Assembly (NCBI GenBank): GCA_965368975.1
Contig: CBDUPA010000001.1
Location: 64,001 to 128,000, forward strand
Direction: 5' to 3'
Source of the DNA: an uncultured bacterium
Lineage (GTDB): Bacteria; Acidobacteriota; Thermoanaerobaculia; Multivoradales; JAHZIX01
Length of the DNA: 64,000 bases
Positions 54,401-62,766 of this stretch are shown here, piece after piece. Made by a program: the position numbers and the translations under genes. The notes beneath the pieces were generated by a model. It saw nothing but the letters and a program-made list of their open reading frames with translations. It ran no database searches and was not told the origin of the DNA. Positions within the stretch are counted from its first letter, which is position 1; every line of letters starts with the position of its first letter.

Positions 54401-57400
54401 TGAGGGTCACAAGGACCAGCGGTTGGTCGCCTACGTGCAGCCGGAAGGCCTGCCGGCCGAGCGCTTCGACGCCGCACCGGTGCTGGTACAGCTGCGCGAG
54501 CGCCTGCCCGAGTACATGGTGCCGTCGCAGCTGATCGCCCTCGACGCCTGGCCGCTGACCGCCAACGGCAAGCTCGATCGCAAGGCGTTGATGCAGCGGC
54601 CCCTACCCAGGCAAGAGGCGGCGTCGGCGTCGGACCAGACGGCAAGCCCCGCCGGGCACCCGAGCGGCGTGCCGGAAGACCTGGAAGCGAGCATCACCGC
54701 TATCTGGCGCGACGTGCTGGGTGTCGACAAGATCGGTGCCGAGCAGAGCTTCTTCGACCTCGGCGGTCACTCGTTGTTGCTGGCGCAGGTGCAGGCGCGC
54801 CTGCTCGAAGACCTGGGACGCGAGCTACCCCTGGTCGAGCTCTTCCAGCACCCGACGGTGCGCTCGTTGGCCCGTCACCTCAGTCCGCGCGGTGCCGAGG
54901 CCGTGCAGGCGCGCGTCAGCCGGCGCGGCGACGAGGACGCCGATGTCGCGGTGATTGGCGTCGCCGGTCGCTTCCCGGGTGCCGCCGATGTCGACCAGCT
55001 GTGGCACAACCTCGAGCAGGCGGTCGAGAGCATCGCCTTCTTCGAGCGCGACGAGGTGGAGGAAAGCCCTTTCGGCTTCGGCGACCCCGACAACCCGAAC
55101 TTCGTGCTTGCCGGCGGCCTGCTCGACGACCCCGATCTCTTCGACGCCGACTTCTTCGGCTACACACCGCGCGAGGCGCAGCTGCTCGATCCGCAGCAGC
55201 GCCTGTTCCTGGAAGCGTGCTGGCAGCTGCTGGAGCGTGCCGGCATCGACCCCGCGCGCTTCGCCGGCCGCGTCGGCGTCTTCGGCGGCACCGGGATCAG
55301 CGCCTACTTCAGCTACAACTTGATGAGCCGGCCCGACATCGTCGCCTCGGCCGGTGCCTTCCAGTTGTTGACCTCGTCGGACAAGGATTTCCTGCCCACG
55401 CGTGTGTCCTACAAGTTCAACCTGCGCGGACCGGCGGTCAACGTCCAGACCGCCTGCTCGACCTCCCTGGTCGCCGCGCACCTGGCCTATGAAAGTCTGC
55501 TGCGCGGCGAGTGCGACGTCGCCCTGGCCGGTGGTGTCAGTCTGCGCGTGCCGCAGCGCACCGGCTACCTCTATCAGCCCGGCATGATCCTGTCGCCGGA
55601 CGGTCACTGCCGCGCCTTCGACGCCGATGCCGCCGGCACGATCTTGGGCAGCGGCGTGGCGGTACTGGCCTTCAAGCGGCTGTCGGCGGCGCTCGCGGAT
55701 GGTGACCCCGTGCTGGCGGTGATCAAGGGTTCGGCGATCAACAACGACGGCTCGGACAAGGTTGGTTTCACCGCTCCCAGCGTCGACGGCCAGACCCAGG
55801 TGATCACCGACGCCCTGGCCAATGCCGGCGTCGACGCGCGTTCGATCGGCTATGTCGAGGCGCACGGCACGGGCACCGACCTGGGCGATCCGATCGAGGT
55901 GGCGGCGCTGACCCAGGCGTACCGCGCGCACACCGACGAGCGCGGCTTCTGTGCCCTCGGCTCGCTGAAGACCAACGTCGGGCACCTGGATACCGCGGCT
56001 GGCGCCGCCAGCTTGATCAAGACGGTGCTCAGCCTGCAGCACGCGGTGATCCCTGCCAGCCTGCACTACCAGCAGCCGAACCCGCAGATCGACTTCGACG
56101 CCAGTCCCTTCTTCGTCGCCGCCGAAACGCGTGCGTGGCCGGCACCGTCCGACGGCACCCCGCGGCGGGCGGGCGTTAGCTCCTTCGGCATCGGTGGCAC
56201 CAACGTCCACATGGTGCTCGAAGAGCCGCCGGCGCGGTCGCCCGGGGGGCAGGGGGCGTCCGGGTCGTCGCGGTCAGCACAGCTGCTCGTGCTGTCGGCC
56301 CGCTCCGACACCGCTCTCGAGGCCGCCACGGAGCGGCTGCACGGCTTCCTCGAAGCGCACCCCGAGGTGCCGTTGGCCGACGTCGCCTGGACGCTGCAGC
56401 ACGGTCGCCATCGCTTCGACTACCGGCGGGCTCTGGTGGTGCACGATCACGAGGACGCGCTGGCGGTGCTCTGCGGCGAGCACGGCAAGCGCCTGATCGG
56501 TCGTCACGACGGGGAGAGCGGCCGGCCCGTCGCCTTCCTGTTCCCTGGGCAGGGCGCCCAGTATCCCGGCATGGGCCGGCAGCTCTACGCGTTGGAAGCT
56601 GCCTACCGCGATGCCGTCGACGCGTGCGCCGAGCTGCTCCAGCCCCACCTGGCGGACACGGACTCCGACGGAGATATTCGCACGCTTCTGATGCCGCCGC
56701 TCGAAGACCTGGCGAGCGAGGCCGCTGAGCGGCTGGCTGCCGATCGCCTGGCTGCTGATCGACTGCGCCAGACACGTTTCGCGCAACCGGCATTGTTCGT
56801 CGTCGAGTACGCACTGGCGCAGCTGTGGCGCAGCTGGGGCATCGAGCCGCGCGCGCTGATCGGGCACTCGATTGGCGAGTATGTCGCCGCTTGCCTGGCC
56901 GGCGTCTTGACGCTGCCCGAGGCTCTGCGCCTGGTGGCGGCGCGCGGCCGCTTGATGCAAGGCCTGCCGGCCGGGGCCATGCTCAGCGTACCGTGCTCGG
57001 AGGCCGACCTGGAGGCGAGGCTGGCGAGTTGGCGCGATCAAGGCCGTCATACCGACGTCTGCGTCGCGACGATCAATGCGCCAGATCTGTGTGTGCTCGC
57101 CGGACCGATTCCGTCGATCGACGCCGTGCAGGCCGATCTGGAGGGCGAAGGTCTGGAAGTGCGCCGCTTGCACACCTCGCACGCCTTCCACTCGGCGATG
57201 ATGGAGCCGGTACTGTCGGCGTTCGGCGCCGAAGTGAAGAAGGCACAGCTGCAGGCGCCACGTCTGCCCTTCGTCTCCAACGTCACCGGCACTTGGATCC
57301 GCGCCGAGGAGGCGACCGATGCGGGCTATTGGGTGCGCCATCTGCGGCACGCGGTGCGCTTCGGCGACGGTGCAGCGCTGCTGCTCGAAGACGAGCGACT

Positions 57401-60400
57401 GGCACTGATCGAAGTCGGTCCCGGGCGGGGGCTGCGTACCCTGCTGCGCCGTCAGCCGGCGTTCCAGCAGTCGGACCCCAAGGAGGCCGGTCGCGTCCTG
57501 GCCGGCTCGCTGCGGGGTCCCAAGGACGAGGCCGCCGATCTCGAGTTCCTCCTGACCGAGCTGAGCCGCCTGTGGCTGGGCGGCGTCGATGTCGACTGGA
57601 GGGCGTTCCGGGGGCAGGAGACCCGGCACTCCGTCATCCTGCCGACCTACCCTTTCGAGCGCAAACGCCACTGGGTCGAACCGGGGGCCGGTCCCCAGCG
57701 GCTCGTGACGGGTGGTGCGACGGATCGACTGCCGCGGCTGGGCGATTGGGTCCACGTGCCGGCCTGGCGGCAGCAGCCACTGGCGGCGCGTGCCGCCGGT
57801 GTCGAGCGCCGGCGCGGTCCCTGGTTGGTGCTAGCCTTCGCCGGCGCTGCGCGCGACGCGTCCACCAAGCTGGCCGAGACGCTGGTGGCGGCCTTGCGGC
57901 GGCATGGTCACGAGGCTGACGTGCGCCTGCTGGAGAGTGCCAGCGTGCAGAGTGCCAGCGTGGACAGTCTTGGTGTGGACGGTATCAGCGCGAGTCCGGA
58001 CGCAGCCACCTGGCGCGCCGAGTTCGACGCAAGGGTCGGCGATGACAGCCTGCCGGCCGGCATTGTCGATCTACGTCCCTTCTGGTCCGCCGACCACCAG
58101 GAAGATGGACCCAAGGCCACCTCTGAGGCCGTTTCCGAGGCGAGCTTCCATGGTCCGCTGCAACTCCTGCAGGCCTTCGCCGGCTGCCTCGGTGAGCGGG
58201 GTACAGAGGCGGACAGCACGGCTCCGGGGCACCTCTACCTGGCGGTCAGCCGTGGCGCGCTGGCGATCGACGAGACCGAGGTGATGGCGGTCGAGCCCGA
58301 GCGCAGTGCGCTGCTCGGTCTGCTCACCGTCACCCAGCAGGAGAATCCGGACCTCGCCTGCCGCTTGCTCGATGTCGGCGCCACGAGCGGTGGCGCACAG
58401 GCGCTGGCCGAGATGCTGGTGCAGGAGCTGGAACGTGGCGACGAACTGGTGGTTGCCCGCCGTGGGCGCAGGGGGCGCTGGCTGCCCTCGCCGCGGTGTC
58501 TGCCCCTGCCGCCCGCCGAGCAGCGACCCGCGCTGCTGCGCGAGCAAGGGGTCTATCTGCTCACCGGCGGTCTGGGTGGTGTCGGCTTGGTGCTGGCGCG
58601 CTACCTGGCCCAGCGGGTCCCAGGCGTTCGCCTGGCACTCCTTGGACGCAGCGGCTTGCCGCCGCGCGCACACTGGGACGCTTTCGAGGCGGAGCACCAG
58701 GCGAACGACCGCCAGAGTCGAGCGATCGAGGCGGTGCGCGAGTTGGAGCAGCAGGGCGCCGAGGTCGAGGTGGTGGTCGCCGATGTGGCTGATCGGCAGG
58801 CGATGGCCGAGGCACTGGCCGCCGTGCGTCGACGTTTCGGGGCTCTCCATGGCGTGATCCATGCAGCGGGCCTGTCCGGGGAAGCTGCCTTCCGGCCCCT
58901 TGGCCAGCTGGACCGTGCTGCCTGTGAAGCGCAGTTCCGGCCCAAGATCACCGGCACGCGGGTGCTCGCCGAGCTCCTGCACGGGGGCTCGACTGCCGAT
59001 CCAGCCGCAGATCCCGCTCCCGACTTCGTCATGGTGACCTCGTCGATCTCCACCGTGCTGGGTGGTATTGGTTTCGCTGCTTACGCCGCTGCCAATCTCG
59101 GGCAAGATGCCCTTGTCCAGGACCAGGAAGCCCAGCAACAAGCCAGAGAAGCGGCGCCAGCGAGCACCACGCGCTGGCTGAGCATCGATTGGGACGCCTG
59201 GAATCTGGAAGCGGTGGCAGGCACGCAGTTGGCGCTGACGCCAGAAGAAGGTCAGGAACTGCTCGACCGCGTGCTGGCGCATGCCAGCAGTGGAGGAGAG
59301 GGGCACGTCGTCATCTCGGTCGGCGCCCTGGCGGCACGCATGCAGCGTTGGTGCACCGTCGAAGAGCTGCGTCGAGCCCGCGACGAACATCGTCGGGAAG
59401 CTGCCTCGGCGGCGTCCGGCGATGGGGACCGGCCGCAACTGGACACCGCCTACGTGGCGCCGCGCAGCGATGCCGAGACGGCCCTGGCGGCGATCTGGAG
59501 CGAGCTGCTGGGCATCGACCGCATCGGCATCCACGATGACTTCTTCGAGCTTGGCGGTCACTCGCTGCTGGTGACCCAGTTGCTGACCCGCATCCGGGAC
59601 CAGCTCGGTGCCGAGCTGGAAATGGCGATGGTCTTCTCGCGCCCGACAGTCGCCGAGCTGGCCGTCAGCCTGGCAGACGAGCTGCCGGCGGGCACGCGTC
59701 AGCTCGAGGCACCACCGATCGTACCGGTGCCGCGCGACCAGCCGCTGCGCTTGTCCTTTGGCCAGGAGCGCTTCTGGTTCCTGCAGCGTCTAGATCCCGA
59801 GAGCATCGCCTACAATCTGCCGGCGGCCATCCGCCTGCTCGGCCGGCTGGACGTGAGGGCACTGCAACTTTCCTTCGACGCCATCGCTTGCCGCCACGAG
59901 ATGCTGCGCACGCGCTTCGTGGAACGAGACGGCAAGCCGTTCCAGCTCGTCGAGCCTCGCCTGCGCTACCCGTTGCCAGTGGTCGACCTCAGTGCTCTCG
60001 AAGCCGCACGCCGTGAGCAGCTGGTCTATGCCCTCGCCTTCCGCTACGCCGACGATCCCTTCGATCTTGCGGCTCTGCCGCTGCTGCGCAACTGCCTGCT
60101 GCGGCTAGCGGTCGGCGAGCACACCTTCCTGACCGTCGGGCATCACATCATCTCCGATGGTTGGTCGGGCATTCTCTTCGTCCAGGAGCTGGGGGAGCAC
60201 TATCGCACCTTCCACGGGAAGCAGTCTGCAGACAGTGGACCTGCCAGCGTCGAGATGCCCGAGGCGTTGCCGTTGCAGTATGGCGATTATGCCGTCTGGC
60301 AGCGCGATTGGTTGCAGGGCGAGGTGCTGCAACAGCAGATCGACTTCTGGTGCCGCCAGCTGGAGCCGCCACCGCCGGCGCTGCGCCTGCCCTACGACCG

Positions 60401-62645
60401 GCCGCGCGTCAGTGGGGAGACGGCGCCCGCCGGGCGACTGTCGACCCGTGTCCAAGCGCCCGTGCTGTCGAAGCTACGCAGCCTGGCGCTGAACTTCTCT
60501 GCACGCGAGGGCGAAGCGCAGGCGCACGGCATCACCTTGTTCATGATCCTGATGGCAGCCTACTTCACGCTGCTGTATCGCTACAGCGGTCAGAGTGACC
60601 TCGCCGTCGGTACTCCGATCGCCAATCGTCACCGCTCCGGGACCGAGGGCCTGGTGGGCTTGTTCATCAATACGCTGGTCTTGCGGTTGCATCTCGACGC
60701 GGCGTCGTCGGATGGTGGTGCGCTTCGGTTCCCGCGCCTGGTCCAGCAGCTGCAGCAGGTCTCGCTCGCCGCCTACGATCAGCAGGACTTGCCGTTCGAC
60801 GAGCTGATCAAGCGACTGCCGGCAGACGGCGGCGAGCGGCGTACGCAGCGATCGCTGTTCACCACCATGCTCGCCTTCAACCACGAGCCGCCGCCGGCTC
60901 TGCAGCTACCGGAGTTGGAGATCGGCCTGGTCGACCTCGATCAGCGGCGTGTCGAAGCGATGTACGACTTCGTCCTCGGCATGACCGACTTCGGCGATCA
61001 TCTCTACGTTTCGGTCGAGTACGATCGCTCGCGCTTCGACGCGACGTCGGCGCAGCGCTTCAGCGAGGCCTACCTGCGCGTGCTGGGAGAGATCGCCACG
61101 GACGCCGAGCGCAGCCTCATCGAATTGCCGGTGCTAGGGGCCGGTGAGCGTCACCAGTTGCTGGTCGAGAACCGGCGCGCAGATGCAGCCTGGGTCGGAC
61201 GCCACCGCGACCGGTTGCCGTCGCAGTGGAGCGGACAAGCCTTGCGAGGCGTCTACGTGCTCGATCCCCAAGCCGGCCTGACGCCCATGGGGGCCGTCGG
61301 TGAGTTGTACGTCGAGGCCGAGGACCAGCCGTCGCTGACGCCGGTACCCGAGGGGCAGCCCGTACGACCCCGCTTCGCACCCGACCTGCAGCTCTGGCCG
61401 ACCGGTGTACGAGTGCAGCGGCGGGCCAGCGGCGAGCTGCAATTGCCTGGCGAAGCCAACTATCCTTTCGTCGACCTCGGCCGGCGCGCTCGCGGCAGTG
61501 CCGACAACGAAGAAGAGCGGCGGCAGGAAGAACAGGCGGCCGATCAAGTGTGGAGCCAGGTCAGCAGCCGGCAGGAGAAGCTCTCAGCCAAGAAGAAGGC
61601 CATGCTCGCAGCCCGCTTGCGCGGTGCCCTGCGCTCCAAGACCGCGAATGCCGAGGCGGCTGGATCGGCACGACCGAAGACCACGGCAGGAGCTTCTGCG
61701 CCGTCCCGCGTGCGCGACCTGGAGGCCGTCAAGGCGGCCCTGGCACGCAAGCGTGCCGCCGCCGCCCAAATGCGCTCAGAGGACTCCCTGCTCCTCAAGA
61801 TCCAGCCGGCCGGAGAGCAGCCGGCCGTAGCCTGTGTACATGCGATCGCCGGTGACGTCACCTGCTATCTGGCGCTGGCCGACCATCTCGGTCGAGACCG
61901 GCCGGTCTACGGTCTGCAAGCTGAGGGTCTCGATGGCAGCCGCCAACCGCTGCGCCGCGTCGAGGACATGGCTGCCCGGTACCTGGACATCCTCCGACGG
62001 GAGCAGCCGGCAGGCCCTTACCTGCTCGTCGGCTGGTCCATGGGTGGGGTCATCGCGCTGGAAATGGCGCAGCAGCTGGGCGCGGCCGGCGAGAACGTGC
62101 CGTTGCTCGTGCTGCTGGAACCGTCTGTACCCGGAATCCAGGTGCCGCTGGACGATACCGGCATCGTCGAGTCGCTGGCTCGTGACCTCGAGAGCGCTCT
62201 CGACCAGCCGCTGGATGTGACCCTCGAGCAGCTGCTGGAGAAAGATCTGGAAACTCAGCTGACCACATTGTTCGAACAGGTCAAGCGCCACGGTCTGCCG
62301 TTCTTCGATTTCGACCGCTCGGCGCTGTCCTCACTCTTCCGCCTCTACAAGGCCAACGTCGCGGCCCTGCAGGACTACCGCCCACAGCCCTACGCCGGCC
62401 GCAGCGCCGTGTTCATCGCCCGCGAGCGGCCGCCGGCCACCGAGCCGGAGCCGTCCGATTTCTGGACCGGGGGGTTACTACAGGATCACCAGCGGGTCGA
62501 CGTCGGCGGCGGCCACACCTCGATGCTGCAAGAGCCGCACGTACGGGATCTGGCGCGCCGTTTGACGCGACTTTTCACCCAGGCGGCCGAGGATCTTGAC
62601 CCTGCAGCCAAGGACGCTGATGCCGCGGAGTCAATTCGTGATTGA
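51462..62645 (+). CDS. Hybrid NRPS-PKS terminal protein: C-A(Ser)-PCP-KS-AT-KR-ACP-C-(A remnant)-TE
   Basis: N-terminal LSPAEKRELL; C HHIISD; A DVWHFSLVDK; KS QTACSTS; AT HAFHS; KR GGLGGVG/YAAAN; carrier GGHSL; C HHIISDG; decayed A fragment GAVGELYV; TE GWSMGG and GHTSML. ATGA overlap with the upstream gene. Confidence 0.9.
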   Translation: MSDRPRPEQLSPAEKRELLAKLMRQRDQGGPRFHPLSFAQQRLWFLDRLDPSGRHHRIYQAFQLRGALRPQFLHRALQAIVDRHDSLRTFFVTTAGKPAAAVAPGLRLRLPVLDLHLTTWAKPGDAQQTEEAVLQRALERPFQLDRGPLLRCTLLRCSEDRHLLLVEMHHIISDAWSVGVLLRELAALYDAQVRAATSQQAPAPGLADALPPLRAQYPSYARWQRQRLQGDLLAENLAWWRQQLAALPALLELPLDRPRPPVQSHHGGVLPVHWPAHLYERVRELGRRNGASAFVVLLAAFQAFLGRLTGARDLAVGTPVAGRDRSELEGLIGFFINSLVLRANLQGDSPAGPGFDSFLRRTRDAFLGAFDHSQVPFDRLVEELKPERNLSYHPLYQVDFQLQAEPVPPLELSGLVIEPRFLDAGLTGFDLAVQLEAQPDGSVAGWVQHGTAILDRSTVERWLRGYRTLVESALDTPAGCLFELSVLTAAERHQLVREWNDTETAFEDLFEDPSHGAFVRETLLHRAFEAQAAAVPDAPALTFRGDTWSYRQLDQRANRLAHYLRRLGVRRETRVAVCLERSHELVVALYAVLKAGGAYVPVDPGYPAERLEFLLRDAAAPVLLTQERLLGDLGLEDQGVEGLCLDRDWPRIEQAVDATRAEEPPRVELQPENAAYVIYTSGSTGQPKGAVNRHLSIDNRLAWMQRAYPLDASDVVLQKTPFSFDVSVWEFFWPLRQGARLVMAEPGGHQDPAYLIRTVAAEGVTTMHFVPSMLQLFVDHPRAADANAALRRVFCSGEALPPELVQRFFERVGVRPGQTAIELHNLYGPTEAAVDVTYEPCSPGKIGHSVAIGRPVANTSVVVLDSARRPLPIGVAGELFLGGVQLARGYHRRPSLTAQRFVPDPLATSGPGSRLYATGDETRLLPDGRVEFLGRIDFQVKLRGLRIELGEIEAALRTAEVDGRTLVHEALVLVLDAASGEGHKDQRLVAYVQPEGLPAERFDAAPVLVQLRERLPEYMVPSQLIALDAWPLTANGKLDRKALMQRPLPRQEAASASDQTASPAGHPSGVPEDLEASITAIWRDVLGVDKIGAEQSFFDLGGHSLLLAQVQARLLEDLGRELPLVELFQHPTVRSLARHLSPRGAEAVQARVSRRGDEDADVAVIGVAGRFPGAADVDQLWHNLEQAVESIAFFERDEVEESPFGFGDPDNPNFVLAGGLLDDPDLFDADFFGYTPREAQLLDPQQRLFLEACWQLLERAGIDPARFAGRVGVFGGTGISAYFSYNLMSRPDIVASAGAFQLLTSSDKDFLPTRVSYKFNLRGPAVNVQTACSTSLVAAHLAYESLLRGECDVALAGGVSLRVPQRTGYLYQPGMILSPDGHCRAFDADAAGTILGSGVAVLAFKRLSAALADGDPVLAVIKGSAINNDGSDKVGFTAPSVDGQTQVITDALANAGVDARSIGYVEAHGTGTDLGDPIEVAALTQAYRAHTDERGFCALGSLKTNVGHLDTAAGAASLIKTVLSLQHAVIPASLHYQQPNPQIDFDASPFFVAAETRAWPAPSDGTPRRAGVSSFGIGGTNVHMVLEEPPARSPGGQGASGSSRSAQLLVLSARSDTALEAATERLHGFLEAHPEVPLADVAWTLQHGRHRFDYRRALVVHDHEDALAVLCGEHGKRLIGRHDGESGRPVAFLFPGQGAQYPGMGRQLYALEAAYRDAVDACAELLQPHLADTDSDGDIRTLLMPPLEDLASEAAERLAADRLAADRLRQTRFAQPALFVVEYALAQLWRSWGIEPRALIGHSIGEYVAACLAGVLTLPEALRLVAARGRLMQGLPAGAMLSVPCSEADLEARLASWRDQGRHTDVCVATINAPDLCVLAGPIPSIDAVQADLEGEGLEVRRLHTSHAFHSAMMEPVLSAFGAEVKKAQLQAPRLPFVSNVTGTWIRAEEATDAGYWVRHLRHAVRFGDGAALLLEDERLALIEVGPGRGLRTLLRRQPAFQQSDPKEAGRVLAGSLRGPKDEAADLEFLLTELSRLWLGGVDVDWRAFRGQETRHSVILPTYPFERKRHWVEPGAGPQRLVTGGATDRLPRLGDWVHVPAWRQQPLAARAAGVERRRGPWLVLAFAGAARDASTKLAETLVAALRRHGHEADVRLLESASVQSASVDSLGVDGISASPDAATWRAEFDARVGDDSLPAGIVDLRPFWSADHQEDGPKATSEAVSEASFHGPLQLLQAFAGCLGERGTEADSTAPGHLYLAVSRGALAIDETEVMAVEPERSALLGLLTVTQQENPDLACRLLDVGATSGGAQALAEMLVQELERGDELVVARRGRRGRWLPSPRCLPLPPAEQRPALLREQGVYLLTGGLGGVGLVLARYLAQRVPGVRLALLGRSGLPPRAHWDAFEAEHQANDRQSRAIEAVRELEQQGAEVEVVVADVADRQAMAEALAAVRRRFGALHGVIHAAGLSGEAAFRPLGQLDRAACEAQFRPKITGTRVLAELLHGGSTADPAADPAPDFVMVTSSISTVLGGIGFAAYAAANLGQDALVQDQEAQQQAREAAPASTTRWLSIDWDAWNLEAVAGTQLALTPEEGQELLDRVLAHASSGGEGHVVISVGALAARMQRWCTVEELRRARDEHRREAASAASGDGDRPQLDTAYVAPRSDAETALAAIWSELLGIDRIGIHDDFFELGGHSLLVTQLLTRIRDQLGAELEMAMVFSRPTVAELAVSLADELPAGTRQLEAPPIVPVPRDQPLRLSFGQERFWFLQRLDPESIAYNLPAAIRLLGRLDVRALQLSFDAIACRHEMLRTRFVERDGKPFQLVEPRLRYPLPVVDLSALEAARREQLVYALAFRYADDPFDLAALPLLRNCLLRLAVGEHTFLTVGHHIISDGWSGILFVQELGEHYRTFHGKQSADSGPASVEMPEALPLQYGDYAVWQRDWLQGEVLQQQIDFWCRQLEPPPPALRLPYDRPRVSGETAPAGRLSTRVQAPVLSKLRSLALNFSAREGEAQAHGITLFMILMAAYFTLLYRYSGQSDLAVGTPIANRHRSGTEGLVGLFINTLVLRLHLDAASSDGGALRFPRLVQQLQQVSLAAYDQQDLPFDELIKRLPADGGERRTQRSLFTTMLAFNHEPPPALQLPELEIGLVDLDQRRVEAMYDFVLGMTDFGDHLYVSVEYDRSRFDATSAQRFSEAYLRVLGEIATDAERSLIELPVLGAGERHQLLVENRRADAAWVGRHRDRLPSQWSGQALRGVYVLDPQAGLTPMGAVGELYVEAEDQPSLTPVPEGQPVRPRFAPDLQLWPTGVRVQRRASGELQLPGEANYPFVDLGRRARGSADNEEERRQEEQAADQVWSQVSSRQEKLSAKKKAMLAARLRGALRSKTANAEAAGSARPKTTAGASAPSRVRDLEAVKAALARKRAAAAQMRSEDSLLLKIQPAGEQPAVACVHAIAGDVTCYLALADHLGRDRPVYGLQAEGLDGSRQPLRRVEDMAARYLDILRREQPAGPYLLVGWSMGGVIALEMAQQLGAAGENVPLLVLLEPSVPGIQVPLDDTGIVESLARDLESALDQPLDVTLEQLLEKDLETQLTTLFEQVKRHGLPFFDFDRSALSSLFRLYKANVAALQDYRPQPYAGRSAVFIARERPPATEPEPSDFWTGGLLQDHQRVDVGGGHTSMLQEPHVRDLARRLTRLFTQAAEDLDPAAKDADAAESIRD

Positions 62646-62702
62646 TCGCACAAGAGGCGCCCCGACACGGCGGCGCAAGCGGCTGCGATCGCGGGCTCTT
62701 CA

Positions 62703-62762
62703 GCTCGACTCTCTCCAGTGCTGTGGTATACACTGTCGTTGTTCCACAGACGAAAGGAGAGA
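62703..62762 (+). promoter_or_regulatory. Putative sigma70-type promoter and RBS of the beta-barrel gene
   Basis: CTCGAC-17 nt-TATACA with TG upstream of the -10-like hexamer; AAAGGAGA before ATG 62767. Confidence 0.35.
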
Positions 62763-62766
62763 CGTT

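Noticed and set aside
14029-62645. Assignment to a known compound (bleomycin family, puwainaphycin, beta-hydroxy-Asp siderophores)
   Set aside because: Only partial architectural parallels. No Cy/Ox domains, sugar genes, aminotransferase, Asp-specific A domain or hydroxylase.
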